DNA of 64,000 nucleotides, taken from IMG/VR virus record IMGVR_UViG_3300042553_000326, positions 1 through 64,000 of that record. One strand, 5' to 3'. This DNA comes from a virus. A program made the translations under genes and the position numbers. Positions 54,414-64,000 of the stretch are shown here, in pieces; the first letter of the stretch is position 1, and each line of letters starts with the position of its first letter. The notes beneath the pieces were generated by a model, which was not told where the DNA came from, made no database searches, and saw only the letters and a program-made list of their open reading frames with translations.

Positions 54414-54572
54414 TCAGTGCCTCTCTGGGTAGTATCGTAAACACCCTTGTATTTAAATTCACGGCAAAGATATCGCCGCGTGTTATTACATCATGAATGG
54501 TAGTGCTTCTAAAGAGAGTCTTGGAAGGCACTATGTGCATCCATATGTCCCCATTATATGTGAAGATTTTAC

Positions 54573-55535
54573 TCATGACTTATACTTCAAAGATGTACCC
54601 TGCTTCAGGTACAAATTTATATTACCAGTGGGGATCCTACAACCTGCTGCATGCTTATGCCCACCACCGCCAAACGATTGCGCTATTGCTGCTACATCAA
54701 TATCTGAACCTGGAAGGCTTCTCATCGAGCAATTAGATTGCTCTGTCTCAGCCGCATACCAAACTAAAACCATCTCATCCTTATACTTAGTGTAAAGACG
54801 ATCACCTATTTCCGATTGATAGATTGGTGAGTTGACTAGAATAGCAGGTACACCTAGAACACTTGTTGATACAGCATTCCTACACATGCGTTCTACAGCC
54901 ACATCGATTTGCTTTATTAATGCAAATCCTGTTTGAATACCATCATACAGCATTTCATCATCTGAAACAATACGATCCCACTGCTCGAAGGACCAAGGTG
55001 TCTCTGCATTTAGAAATGCGTGAAGCGCTCTTGATTCAGGATACTGAAACACCCAGCGATCTCGATCATCAATACGATCTACAATGAAGTTATTGTTGAA
55101 GGTATTAGTACTTAGTGCAAAGTAATCCATTGCCAGTTTCGCACCAGACTTTTTGTTGTCAAGCTTAATGAACAAACGACGTCCATTCTGTGTAATATAA
55201 TCCCACATGAATGAACTAGGGTTATCTCCAAAGCCACTAAGCTGTGCCTCTTTGCTGAAGTACTCGAAAGCTGTTTGGTGATGATCCAGAAGCACTGTTT
55301 GCAACGCAACTTCTGCTAGCTTGTAGATGTACTCTGCCGGCATACTCCAATCAAGAATGAATACCTTCTTGTCCTTGCATCTAGCAATAGTTTCTTCAAA
55401 ATATTTTACATCGGTAGCCTTTACATAGTCCCTACCAATGTAATCAGCGTTAGCACCAAATACACGCCATACTTGATAGGCTGCTGCAAAGCCATCTGTA
55501 CAGTGCTGGTGATACAATACAACTGTATTAGCCAT
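54573..55535 (-). CDS. DHH/DHHA1 phosphoesterase (NrnB/nanoRNase-like)
   Basis: YH..C.DG, FILD, LLDHH, SGA, D.RD.W, SMRS...DVAAIAQSFGGGGHKHAAG. Confidence 0.92.
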   Translation of the reverse strand: MANTVVLYHQHCTDGFAAAYQVWRVFGANADYIGRDYVKATDVKYFEETIARCKDKKVFILDWSMPAEYIYKLAEVALQTVLLDHHQTAFEYFSKEAQLSGFGDNPSSFMWDYITQNGRRLFIKLDNKKSGAKLAMDYFALSTNTFNNNFIVDRIDDRDRWVFQYPESRALHAFLNAETPWSFEQWDRIVSDDEMLYDGIQTGFALIKQIDVAVERMCRNAVSTSVLGVPAILVNSPIYQSEIGDRLYTKYKDEMVLVWYAAETEQSNCSMRSLPGSDIDVAAIAQSFGGGGHKHAAGCRIPTGNINLYLKQGTSLKYKS

Positions 55536-55857
55536 CTAATTCCTCTATAAGTTTATTGATTCTATCAATACTACCTGCATTATGCAGGCAGTGATAACTA
55601 GAAGCCACGTCTAATCCACACCATTCGTTTATCGCTGATCTTAGATCGGTGTGATGTATCTTTGAGCTCTTTAGAGTAACAGCATCGTTAAACCTCTTAG
55701 AGCCCCAATGCCAATAATCATCTACCCATTTACAGAAGTAGTAACGATAGCCACCATCATTAAATTTGAATCTGACCAAATAAACACCTTCATGGCTTGG
55801 CTTTACATTTACATCGAACCACTCAGATAGTACTAACTTGTTCTGTCTCACTGGCAC
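55528..55857 (-). CDS. Hypothetical protein (DUF551-like SEW...KP..GVY)
   Basis: SEWFDVNVKPSHEGVYLV; resembles 57761-57994. Confidence 0.6.
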   Translation of the reverse strand: MPVRQNKLVLSEWFDVNVKPSHEGVYLVRFKFNDGGYRYYFCKWVDDYWHWGSKRFNDAVTLKSSKIHHTDLRSAINEWCGLDVASSYHCLHNAGSIDRINKLIEELDG

Positions 55858-56158
55858 GTTTAGCCTCCATATACTTGATCATAATATTCTCGCTACCGTA
55901 CGAGTGACTTGGAGCTTCGTTATAAAGATATGCTACATATACAGGCACTATCCAGAGATTCGTGGAATCCGCTGCATGAATAGCTTCTTTCAGATTGTTA
56001 GAAAGGATACAATAAAGAAACTGTCCTGGTTGTATTCCATATGCAATGTACTTAGCGAGACCTTCATGCATATAACTAGGAATCTGCTTACCCATAAATC
56101 TGAATAGATTTAATGAGGATAGCACTTCCTTAAACAATTCATCATTTTCTTTCGCCAT
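55823..56158 (-). CDS. Hypothetical protein (111 aa)
   Basis: GL..YI..GI.PG.FL..ILSNNL..A...AD..N...AP...YGS pattern. Confidence 0.7.
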   Translation of the reverse strand: MAKENDELFKEVLSSLNLFRFMGKQIPSYMHEGLAKYIAYGIQPGQFLYCILSNNLKEAIHAADSTNLWIVPVYVAYLYNEAPSHSYGSENIMIKYMEAKRASETEQVSTI

Positions 56159-56393
56159 ACTTCAGCTCCAGTTCCTTATTAAGTTCAACTGCGATATCGT
56201 ACCATAGCTTTGGTGACACGAGAGATTTTGTATCGTCGATCTCTGGTGGTGGATTTGACAGTACATGATCACAATAGAAGCCCAAAGCCTCTACAATAAA
56301 TGCCTGCTTCAGCGCACCAAATCTAGAGTACTCCATCGCCTCTACAACAAACTCGACATTTGTCTTTTGCTTTATCGGCTTCAAAGGTCTCAT
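56142..56393 (-). CDS. Hypothetical protein (83 aa)
   Basis: Coupled to upstream stop; TNVEFV...MEYSRFGAL.QAFI. Confidence 0.65.
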   Translation of the reverse strand: MRPLKPIKQKTNVEFVVEAMEYSRFGALKQAFIVEALGFYCDHVLSNPPPEIDDTKSLVSPKLWYDIAVELNKELELKYGERK

Positions 56394-57343
56394 TAATCAA
56401 AGATCCTATCAATAACTTCAGCAACGTACGAACTATTGATCTTATCAGCATCAACATTCTGCAGTGCTTGTACTAACTGTTGCATATAGGCAGCATCTAC
56501 ACCTGTAAGCTGCTCCTGAAGAATATTCCAGTCCTTCAGATTCAACTCAGAAATCTGCCACATGATCTTCAGCAACTGACCTGCAGTAATGCTCCAGCCA
56601 CGTTCAATAAATTTCTTACTACGAAAGATCGATGCAATGGGATACAGACTGCCATTGTACTCCAGAGTCTTTGACAGCATCAGCTCTAGAGCCTTTGGAG
56701 GCAGTACAAGTTCTTGCGGAGTATGCTCATACCAGCATGTAGCATGAATGAAGTCGAAGTTTCGATGGATATGAAGAGGATCCCCAAAGAATCGAATAAT
56801 CAACTGCACCTTATCAGATAATGTGATAGCATTCTGCGTCATAAGAATAGGACGATACTTTGGCTTTGTCTTATCCTTCTTATCCTTCACAAGTGAATCA
56901 GCGAATTCTGCTGCAGCATCAGGACGAAGACTCTCAAAATACTTGTATGTGTCTTGTTCTTCAGCTGCAACGCCTGCTGACTTGATGTAGATCATTACAC
57001 GAGGCTCATCTTCACCTTTGCAGTTTACTACATTAGTGCGTCGAATCTCAGGTACAGCCGTCTTCTCAGTACCTACTGCTGAGGTTGGTTTACAGGTGAG
57101 ATTGAACTTGTCCACATAGTACCTAGCGATTGCCTCGGTAGTATCTATCGTTTTAAAATAAATATCGTAATCATTCACCTTAGTACCCATCAGCATCGAT
57201 GAGATACAGCCACCAGTCACCACTACATCTCTTGCTGCACGCTCTCTGATATTATCATCCTCAATAGATGACAACCAATCCGTGACCTTTCGATTGATTA
57301 CACGTCGTACAGAGCTCTTCTTGAGTCCCTTAGTCGTCTCCAT
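56393..57343 (-). CDS. Pol-beta superfamily nucleotidyltransferase
   Basis: VVTGGCISS.L....VNDYDIYF (GG...DxD), NAITLS...QLI, NFDFIH. Confidence 0.8.
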   Translation of the reverse strand: METTKGLKKSSVRRVINRKVTDWLSSIEDDNIRERAARDVVVTGGCISSMLMGTKVNDYDIYFKTIDTTEAIARYYVDKFNLTCKPTSAVGTEKTAVPEIRRTNVVNCKGEDEPRVMIYIKSAGVAAEEQDTYKYFESLRPDAAAEFADSLVKDKKDKTKPKYRPILMTQNAITLSDKVQLIIRFFGDPLHIHRNFDFIHATCWYEHTPQELVLPPKALELMLSKTLEYNGSLYPIASIFRSKKFIERGWSITAGQLLKIMWQISELNLKDWNILQEQLTGVDAAYMQQLVQALQNVDADKINSSYVAEVIDRIFD

Positions 57344-57764
57344 CGTCGTCTCCATCTTCATCGCTTTCTTCATCCTCGTGTGTCGGATCTTTCCAAGTTG
57401 TATCAACGCCTTCCATCGACTTTACAATAGAGGCTCTAAGAGCAGCGTTATCGACTGCAGCGAAGTCCTCAATGACTTCCCATGCCATCAAATACCAACG
57501 ATACTCATCATTCTTTTGAGCAATGTAATACTTAAAACTCCTTGAACGCTCTCCCTTGATCAGCTGGAAGTTACCACTATTTATCTTACCGTAGCGAACA
57601 CTTCTAATATATACGAAATGTCGTTTGAGGATCTCGTCGTAATGCTCTGCGCTTACAGCTAATACGATATTAGCATGTCCGGGCTGACCTCTGCCACGAA
57701 CCAGATCTCCTACCTCAGGTATTCTCTTTCTAGGTCTTACTGCTGCGAATATATGTCGTGTCAT
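57330..57764 (-). CDS. Hypothetical protein with acidic tail
   Basis: GGAG RBS; ATGA overlap with the upstream stop. Confidence 0.6.
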   Translation of the reverse strand: MTRHIFAAVRPRKRIPEVGDLVRGRGQPGHANIVLAVSAEHYDEILKRHFVYIRSVRYGKINSGNFQLIKGERSRSFKYYIAQKNDEYRWYLMAWEVIEDFAAVDNAALRASIVKSMEGVDTTWKDPTHEDEESDEDGDDDGDD

Positions 57765-57994
57765 TTCAATAACTCTCCATTCGTATCTCGCAATACACCG
57801 CGCCATTCAAACGATTTGAATATTGATTTACGCCCACAAGTAGCAGCATTATCTACGAATAGACTGCCAGCCATCCAGTCTTTGCCATCCCAGAGAGAAT
57901 ATACTATTTCCACCTGTAAACCACTTATAACACGCTGATACACACCAACATGCGTCGGTTTAATCTCAGATGGGTACCATTCAGAGTATCTCAT
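57761..57994 (-). CDS. Hypothetical protein (SEW...KP.HVGVYQR...WDG..W)
   Basis: AGGAG RBS; ATGA coupling with the ligase stop. Confidence 0.65.
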   Translation of the reverse strand: MRYSEWYPSEIKPTHVGVYQRVISGLQVEIVYSLWDGKDWMAGSLFVDNAATCGRKSIFKSFEWRGVLRDTNGELLK

Positions 57995-58923
57995 AAATCT
58001 CCTAAATCAATATCACTACGAAAGCCTACTGCACGTGGAAAACGTGGTAGTTCTTTTATACCATAACTCATATAACGGAACTTGAGAGTCTTATATCTGA
58101 ATTGCTCTCTTTTATCCCAGATCACCTGTCTTTCAGCATGAGTAAAACTGCCAGGTGCTACTCTAATTTCTGTACCATTATAGTCACATACAAACATGCC
58201 TAGTGTGCCAGCTGGTATCATGTTCTCTTGATTCGTACTGCGTTTTGCATTGCCAAGGTTATCTCTGACGTCAACATTTGTATTGGTCAATTGTTCCTCG
58301 AAAGCTGTAATGATAGCTTCGTCGTCATCAAAGCGTTTCAACTTCAGTAGTATACCTTCATTAAATGTCGACCTATTATGCTTGTATCTACCAATAGGGT
58401 CGCGCATCATGATGCCCTCATAACCTAATGCCAACTGTGATGCTTCGTAATCCATCAGCTGTTCATACGACTCGATGTACTCATGATCGACAATATGCAA
58501 TGTACCTGACATGTCATCGAGTTCGAATACCTTAATAGCCATGTCAGCCTTTTCTAGACGTACATAGAACTCTAGGTTACATAGCTTCTCATCTGCATAA
58601 TCAAACACGTAGAATCTGAAATCATCATGAAACTTATCATCAGACATTACGTGACTCTGTGTGCGATTATACACATCAGAGTCTGTAGGATTACCTACGA
58701 TAATCTCGCCATCTAAGTGTTCGCAATTACCAAATGCTGCTTGAACATATACACTTGGCAGGTCGATTAATTTTCTGCTAACGCATTTACCACCACGTAC
58801 AATACATCTAATGCCATCGAATTTAGGCGAACACAATAGAGGGTATCTGAGCTTTTTGAAGAAGTCAGAGTCCTTTAATGGATCGCTGTTTGGTGCAAGC
58901 AAAGGTTTAAACGTCATAGTCAC
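57991..58923 (-). CDS. ATP-dependent DNA ligase
   Basis: SPKFDGIR, SRK, LDGEI, FYVFD, EGIMMR, LLKLK, PRFP motifs. Confidence 0.95.
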   Translation of the reverse strand: MTMTFKPLLAPNSDPLKDSDFFKKLRYPLLCSPKFDGIRCIVRGGKCVSRKLIDLPSVYVQAAFGNCEHLDGEIIVGNPTDSDVYNRTQSHVMSDDKFHDDFRFYVFDYADEKLCNLEFYVRLEKADMAIKVFELDDMSGTLHIVDHEYIESYEQLMDYEASQLALGYEGIMMRDPIGRYKHNRSTFNEGILLKLKRFDDDEAIITAFEEQLTNTNVDVRDNLGNAKRSTNQENMIPAGTLGMFVCDYNGTEIRVAPGSFTHAERQVIWDKREQFRYKTLKFRYMSYGIKELPRFPRAVGFRSDIDLGDL

Positions 58924-59353
58924 GATTCCAGAGCCAATGCTGCCACACTTGTTCAGCTACGTACTCTTTATTCTCTGTGTTAAGCAATTTTGTGGCTTCT
59001 TCTTTCGCCCACGGACGCCACTCTCTCACAACTTCATTAACTTGTGATTCGATATCATACTGTGGATACAACATGTCATAGCCCTTAATGAGCATAAAAG
59101 GACCTTTAATATGTCGTATTCTACGAATAATATCCAGGTCTGCGCAACTTGCTTGAAACCCTGTAACACCCTCTTTGTAAGCTACATAGTTAAACGTAGC
59201 TACAGCTGCCATACTCATGGCGTACACTGCTGTACCATAATCATGCTCTTTGGCGACGAGAGCATTTATATATTCTACAAGTTCCTCCATTGAGTATATC
59301 CCAGGGACTTCTGTATCGCGCATTTCTTGTTCTGTCGCAGTATTAATATCCAT
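58907..59353 (-). CDS. Hypothetical protein
   Basis: GGAGG RBS before MDINT; HDYGT..YA...GVTGFQA...LYPQY. Confidence 0.7.
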   Translation of the reverse strand: MDINTATEQEMRDTEVPGIYSMEELVEYINALVAKEHDYGTAVYAMSMAAVATFNYVAYKEGVTGFQASCADLDIIRRIRHIKGPFMLIKGYDMLYPQYDIESQVNEVVREWRPWAKEEATKLLNTENKEYVAEQVWQHWLWNRDYDV

Positions 59354-59669
59354 TAAGTCCTCCAATTGAAGCTCTAAAGGGATGCGGTATAGGGTCTATG
59401 TAGAGCTCTACAGGTTCATACCAACCTTTTCCCTTCTTTGGTTGCTTGATACGACGTAGCTTCGAGAACTCAAAGGAACCTACATTGAGGTTACCAATAT
59501 TGATTACTTCGAATGGCTCTAACAACACTACCATGTAAATACGATAACCCATGGATCGACTCCTGGCGAAACCGCCCTGTTTGAAGTCTGCAACCTTATG
59601 AGCTCTTAGACGTTTTCCCTCCCAACTATGGCAGAGTCCCCTGACCTTGGTCATCCTTCGCAGGTCCAT
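59343..59669 (-). CDS. Hypothetical basic protein
   Basis: AAGGA RBS; operon packing. Confidence 0.55.
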   Translation of the reverse strand: MDLRRMTKVRGLCHSWEGKRLRAHKVADFKQGGFARSRSMGYRIYMVVLLEPFEVINIGNLNVGSFEFSKLRRIKQPKKGKGWYEPVELYIDPIPHPFRASIGGLNGY

Positions 59670-60180
59670 CAGTCTTTTCCTTTAAATGATCGTTAGCATG
59701 TTCCCAGAAATGTTCAGTTGCATGTACAGACAGCTTCACATTATCCGTCCAGAGAGTTTCAGGTATGTAATACACAGGACCACCTGCATTGTTCCAGCAT
59801 AGCAGAAACATGATGAACTTAGGATCACCCTGGATATGACAACATGCGTCGCCTTCAAGCGGCATATCTGCCATGTTCGGCCAACGTTCATCATCATTAG
59901 CAGCTGCGAATTCCAAATCACAGCCTTCTATCTCCTTCAGATCCTCCAATGTTTCACAGATGTAGACCGACCCTCCGAGATATTGATCATAGTTATCATC
60001 GATCGTAGAACCTTTCTGGATCATCTCATCGATATATTCTAATGTCACATCGCTAGAATCCGGTGTCTTATCATTCACACCAGGTAGAGCAACTGTTGCC
60101 TGCTCCTGTAGTAGGTTGAATGACAGTGTACCTGCTTGGTACATATCATACGCCTGCTTGAAGTTCTTTATCTCTATCAT
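59626..60180 (-). CDS. Hypothetical acidic protein (184 aa)
   Basis: AAGGA RBS; LGG.VYICET.EDL..I...NNAGG.VYYIP. Confidence 0.7.
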   Translation of the reverse strand: MIEIKNFKQAYDMYQAGTLSFNLLQEQATVALPGVNDKTPDSSDVTLEYIDEMIQKGSTIDDNYDQYLGGSVYICETLEDLKEIEGCDLEFAAANDDERWPNMADMPLEGDACCHIQGDPKFIMFLLCWNNAGGPVYYIPETLWTDNVKLSVHATEHFWEHANDHLKEKTDGPAKDDQGQGTLP

Positions 60181-60195
60181 TCATAATCCTTCGAA

Positions 60196-60417
60196 TTAGT
60201 ATCGCGAATTGAGATTAGTTACTGTCTTCTTAATATCCAACTCATCAAAGTCTTGCTTGTAAATCTCTGATGTAACATTAACTACATTGCCACTTGGTGG
60301 TGCATAACCGTGAGTGTCACCTCCAGGTTCATCCGGACAATCACGCAGTCTTGACCACACTCGTTTGGTGTCAGCCTCCTGGGAGTGCTCTTGGATTATT
60401 ACAGTATATTTAGCCAT
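60196..60417 (-). CDS. Hypothetical protein (73 aa)
   Basis: GGAG RBS; coupled to the upstream stop. Confidence 0.6.
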   Translation of the reverse strand: MAKYTVIIQEHSQEADTKRVWSRLRDCPDEPGGDTHGYAPPSGNVVNVTSEIYKQDFDELDIKKTVTNLNSRY

Positions 60418-60854
60418 TAGTCACACTCCAATGCGAATACGTATTCTGTCCTTGCCTCGACATATTGTTCACCAACTACTACCTTTCTGCATGTAGGCGA
60501 GTCTGCAACTACGTAGGCATATACGCAGACAATTATGTTCCCTGGAAAGTCAAATCGATAATCCCGGTTTAGATTATTAGGGTAATCTGAAGATCTGCAT
60601 CCTTCGGGATCAAATGACAGTACTGTATCAAGTACTGTAACCAATCTATCGTCCTTAAAGCCTGTCAGATTGGTCAATGTAACACCCATAGTGCAGCTCG
60701 TTAGGCTATGTGATGGAGTCCAGATGTTCGGAATGCCTGCGTTAGTCAACTTTACAAACAGTTCTTGGGCAGCAGCTATTCTACTCTGAAGTTCATCTAG
60801 CTGTTTTGCGTAGTCTGGGAAATCTTTCTTAAACTGTCTTTTTGTCAATTTCAT
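60417..60854 (-). CDS. Hypothetical protein (145 aa)
   Basis: Operon packing. Confidence 0.65.
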   Translation of the reverse strand: MKLTKRQFKKDFPDYAKQLDELQSRIAAAQELFVKLTNAGIPNIWTPSHSLTSCTMGVTLTNLTGFKDDRLVTVLDTVLSFDPEGCRSSDYPNNLNRDYRFDFPGNIIVCVYAYVVADSPTCRKVVVGEQYVEARTEYVFALECD

Positions 60855-61116
60855 ATTTGAATGTAACCCTTCCAGAATTGAATGTAAAACCCTTGTAGTT
60901 CAGCTTGTTCGTGGTCTCGTATATCTTATACAGCAGTTCACGACTGGCATCCCTACTTGGGAAATGATCTACAGCTTCTATCCACTCACCTTCATTAAGT
61001 AATGCCATCGATATGTATCTGTGAACTAATGCCGTAGATCGACCTGTACGCCTGAAACCATCATCTATGATAGATAGTTCTGATTCAGGTATTCTTACAG
61101 TCTTAAAACCTTTCAT
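60829..61116 (-). CDS. Hypothetical protein with P-loop-like RRTGRST
   Basis: Likely start MKGFKTV at 61116. Confidence 0.5.
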   Translation of the reverse strand: MKGFKTVRIPESELSIIDDGFRRTGRSTALVHRYISMALLNEGEWIEAVDHFPSRDASRELLYKIYETTNKLNYKGFTFNSGRVTFKYEIDKKTV

Positions 61117-61438
61117 CAGTACCGCCATAATCTTCATCAGTACCCCAGCCTGCAGAACGAAGGACATCTGCATCGGCCTCAGCATCTGAATTAAACGGAT
61201 CAATTTCATCTGTCTCAGGCTCACCTAGCCTCAACTCAGGGAAAGCCTCGCGTAGCGTATCCAATGATTGCGATAGATCTTTCACATGATCAGGGATATG
61301 TGCATTACCCCAGATGGTGTACATCAATTCGAATATATCGATTATTACCTGTCCCTGATACTCTGACAAACCATGTGTAACCGTTTCATCATACTTTACA
61401 GGCGCAACAACATCAGGGTGTGTGTAAATATTACTCAT
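61103..61438 (-). CDS. Hypothetical acidic protein (D...L.SAGWGTDEDYG)
   Basis: AAGGA RBS. Confidence 0.65.
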   Translation of the reverse strand: MSNIYTHPDVVAPVKYDETVTHGLSEYQGQVIIDIFELMYTIWGNAHIPDHVKDLSQSLDTLREAFPELRLGEPETDEIDPFNSDAEADADVLRSAGWGTDEDYGGTDERF

Positions 61439-61649
61439 CTAGATTCCTTATATCTTGCTCGACCACAGATAGATTCTCGATTATATTTGGTAGGATCGCT
61501 GATATATACTCAACACCTTCTAAATCAGCTGTGGTTCTGGTAACGACAGTAGGTATATCATCAAGTATCTTACCATACACTTGTCCTAATGCCGCGATGA
61601 TTGGTAATGTACAAAGCAATCGTTGTTCCAATTCTACAACAGAGGCCAT
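61431..61649 (-). CDS. Hypothetical protein (72 aa)
   Basis: AAGGAG RBS. Confidence 0.6.
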   Translation of the reverse strand: MASVVELEQRLLCTLPIIAALGQVYGKILDDIPTVVTRTTADLEGVEYISAILPNIIENLSVVEQDIRNLDE

Positions 61650-61661
61650 CTATTCTCCTTA

Positions 61662-61690
61662 AATTTTAAAGGGCAGCCCGAAGGCCACCC
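61662..61690 (-). terminator. UUCG-capped terminator after the RNR gene
   Basis: GGGTGGCC-TTCG-GGCTGCCC followed by TTT. Confidence 0.65.
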
Positions 61691-61700
61691 TTGTGTTACT

Positions 61701-63650
61701 TTATCTTACAGGACATACACCTGTAGGACACTCGTCTCCACCTTCAAATTCAGCGGAGCTAATACCACTAATCAATTTCGTCTTAGACACGAGATCATCG
61801 TATTGCTCTTTCGTGATCTCCTCATATGGTGCTTGTTTGAAGCCATGCTCAGAGTGTAGCAGGAAGGACAACGTCTTGAAGTTATTTCTATAGTGCTTCA
61901 TCAAGAAGTCTTTTATCTCAGGAAGCTCCTCCTTACGATAATACACTGTGCAGCTAACGCTGTTATCTGACCAAGTCTCCTGCATACGTTTAACCCACTT
62001 CAGCTGCTCCAGTGCAGTCATATCTTTCGCAAGAATAGTACCTTCTGGATATGAGAATGGGAATGTGACAACTACTGTATTGTAATCCTCTGAGCCGTCG
62101 AAGTTTCTTACATACTCAACGGGATACCCATTATCACGACACACCTTAGTCAGTGCATGATCAGATGCAATTCTAATGCGTCTAAACATATATTGTGCAT
62201 AACCAGGGTGTACACCAGGAGTTACTCCAGGCAACAATGATAATGTACCACTAGGTTTCACAGTTGTAAGTTTGATAGATGGACGCATTTCGTTCACCTC
62301 AGAATACATATAGTCGTACTCTCTAAGGTGCTCATAGCATTCATCCAGCCAACCAAGCTGCTGTTCTGTTGCTTGCATTACACCGGTCATACCAACGCCC
62401 ATGCGCATGTTTCTATGCACTACTTCTTCTGTTTCTGGGTGATGACAAGGCAACAGCAATGAGTGCTTGTTGATGCGATACAGCAGTGTTGCGATATCCA
62501 GCAGTTCATCTTTAGATTCGATATTCGGTAGGAATATCTCGCTGAGGCAGCAGGTCTCAAACGTATTCAGACTCTGCTCACCACAAGGGTTGTAACCTTG
62601 AACATCTGGATCAGGATACTGCGGTTCATTAAGACGACCTACTTTCCTTGACAATCTCAAGTTAATAAGACCATAAGGCTCTCTAGGGTGACCTTGTGAG
62701 TCAGGCTGATATGTATCCCAGAAGTACTCGTGTAGATCACGAAGATCATCACAAGCAACACTGTTATTACTCATAGCACGCCATGCCGGTACATTACCGA
62801 TGTCAAAGCGTTTTGCTAGGAGGAACTCAATGTCATCAGGATCACCGATAGCTATTTGTGCTGAACGTCTAACATTACCGGCAACAATTATGTGACCAAT
62901 AATATTCATGATATCAAGGCAGTCGATAGGTCTTACCTTCTTGCCTCTTCTATGCATGAGTACTTCAGAAATCTTTCCAATCCCCCAACATAGGTCTTCT
63001 GGTCCGGAAGCAACTCCTCCGAAGCCTTTGATAGGTGTCCCTTTTCCGCGTACCACTTGCGTAGAGTATGTAAAAGTCCCCTTTTCCTTTCGCTCACTAA
63101 GAAAAGCTGCCTTAAGAGTTTTGGCAAGGAATCTGACCCAACCTTCTCTTGAATCTGGGATAATAAAGTCTGCTCCTCCGTGGTCAACTCTTGTAGGTGG
63201 AGTAAACCACTCTCGAACCATTGGGAGCTTCTCAACGTTTTTCCTCTGTATATTGTAACCAACGCCAGCTCCTAAGGCTAGAGCATCCATTGTCCACGTG
63301 AAAGGCACTATAGGGTTATCTACAACTACGAATGCGCAGTTCTGCAGTGACAGCAAACCAAATCTGTCAATCGTATGTGTCCCTAATTGCCACCAGAATC
63401 TTCCAGCAACACTACCCTTAAGCTTCAGGAAATAGTAACGTAGTCTACTCTTTTCATCTTCATCGAATCCGCAATTAAGCTGTGACTCACAGGCACTTAT
63501 CACTCTATCTACGGTCTCGGGGAACTCTTCAGTTCTATTACCGTCGACGCTGCGACTGTAAGTACGTTTATATGTCAGATATCCCACCGAAGACCATGGT
63601 GTGATGATATCTTGTTCATTGGCAGTAGACTGCTCTTTTTGTGTACTCAT
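61701..63650 (-). CDS. nrdJ: Class II (adenosylcobalamin-dependent) ribonucleotide reductase
   Basis: YKRTYSR, AGR.W, NCAF, GNVRRSAQI, NPCGEQ.L...ETCCL, TTVKPSGT.S, QAPYEEI, C-terminal C..G.CP. Confidence 0.93.
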   Translation of the reverse strand: MSTQKEQSTANEQDIITPWSSVGYLTYKRTYSRSVDGNRTEEFPETVDRVISACESQLNCGFDEDEKSRLRYYFLKLKGSVAGRFWWQLGTHTIDRFGLLSLQNCAFVVVDNPIVPFTWTMDALALGAGVGYNIQRKNVEKLPMVREWFTPPTRVDHGGADFIIPDSREGWVRFLAKTLKAAFLSERKEKGTFTYSTQVVRGKGTPIKGFGGVASGPEDLCWGIGKISEVLMHRRGKKVRPIDCLDIMNIIGHIIVAGNVRRSAQIAIGDPDDIEFLLAKRFDIGNVPAWRAMSNNSVACDDLRDLHEYFWDTYQPDSQGHPREPYGLINLRLSRKVGRLNEPQYPDPDVQGYNPCGEQSLNTFETCCLSEIFLPNIESKDELLDIATLLYRINKHSLLLPCHHPETEEVVHRNMRMGVGMTGVMQATEQQLGWLDECYEHLREYDYMYSEVNEMRPSIKLTTVKPSGTLSLLPGVTPGVHPGYAQYMFRRIRIASDHALTKVCRDNGYPVEYVRNFDGSEDYNTVVVTFPFSYPEGTILAKDMTALEQLKWVKRMQETWSDNSVSCTVYYRKEELPEIKDFLMKHYRNNFKTLSFLLHSEHGFKQAPYEEITKEQYDDLVSKTKLISGISSAEFEGGDECPTGVCPVR

Positions 63651-63658
63651 AATTACCT

Positions 63659-63859
63659 TTATTGGTATTTTACGGAAACTATCTTACAACCTGGGTATTT
63701 CTTTCTAATCTTTGCTTCAGCAACATAGTGATCATTCTTCTGGGCGCATTTGACGTCTTCCTCTTTTTGCTCCCATAGATCAGTCTCTGTATTTAGAATC
63801 CAGAATTTAACACTAAACGTCTCAATCGCTTTCAAAGCCGTCATCTGCGTAATCTCCAA
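63659..63859 (-). CDS. Hypothetical protein
   Basis: ORF abutting the RNR RBS; start uncertain. Confidence 0.5.
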   Translation of the reverse strand: MEITQMTALKAIETFSVKFWILNTETDLWEQKEEDVKCAQKNDHYVAEAKIRKKYPGCKIVSVKYQ

Positions 63860-64000
63860 GGCCCACTAATCTACCTGTTTCTTTGATATACCTTGCCCCA
63901 GGTACTGGTCCAGTTTGTCCAACTGTTCTGGATTTAAGAACGCACATCTTGATTTGGTTGCGCTCTCCTTCATCAACCGCAGCCATATTCCTAGCGAAAG

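Noticed and set aside
60829-61224. RRTGRST ORF as a functional ATPase/helicase
   Set aside because: Too short, lacks the Walker A lysine and a clear Walker B; the longer start overlaps the upstream gene
61701-63650. Intein or intron in the RNR (also checked terminase and RNAP)
   Set aside because: Catalytic motifs are contiguous, RNR and terminase sizes are normal, and no intein C/S...HN splice motifs or LAGLIDADG blocks were seen

Overview
The window is a 64-kb segment of a tailed dsDNA bacteriophage with a siphovirus-type morphogenesis module, probably infecting a Gram-negative host. Every credible gene lies on the minus strand. Read in transcription order (right to left) it holds: (i) nucleotide-metabolism and accessory genes (class II ribonucleotide reductase, ATP-dependent DNA ligase, Pol-beta-type nucleotidyltransferase, DHH and HAD phosphoesterases, HNH nuclease, a HicA-like/Zn-ribbon fusion, many small ORFs) and four tRNAs that all read A-ending codons; (ii) an AT-rich intergenic region; (iii) the virion operon (terminase, portal, MuF, scaffold, capsid, neck, tail tube, G/GT chaperones with a GGGAAAG -1 frameshift, 2720-aa tape measure, tail tip, two mosaic fibres); (iv) a lysis cassette; (v) a second cluster of small genes. 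The main finding is a 1544-aa gene between portal and scaffold that fuses a MuF/SPP1-gp7 minor head domain to a T7-family single-subunit RNA polymerase with all catalytic motifs intact. Four copies of a conserved SP6-like motif (TGCGS-N7-GGTATCTTATATGAA) sit upstream of non-structural gene clusters. Together these suggest a virion-packaged, injected RNA polymerase with its own promoters. Other notable items: enzyme modules in the tape measure delimited by repeated xxxGG motifs, hairpins followed by 20-30-nt poly(T) tracts, a duplicated ~55-bp element upstream of the late operons, a possibly split lipoprotein/BTLCP protease in the lysis cassette, a tRNA-Thr with a compensatory elbow change, and two candidate structured ncRNAs. 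All calls come from motif reading and gene order; no database searches were run.
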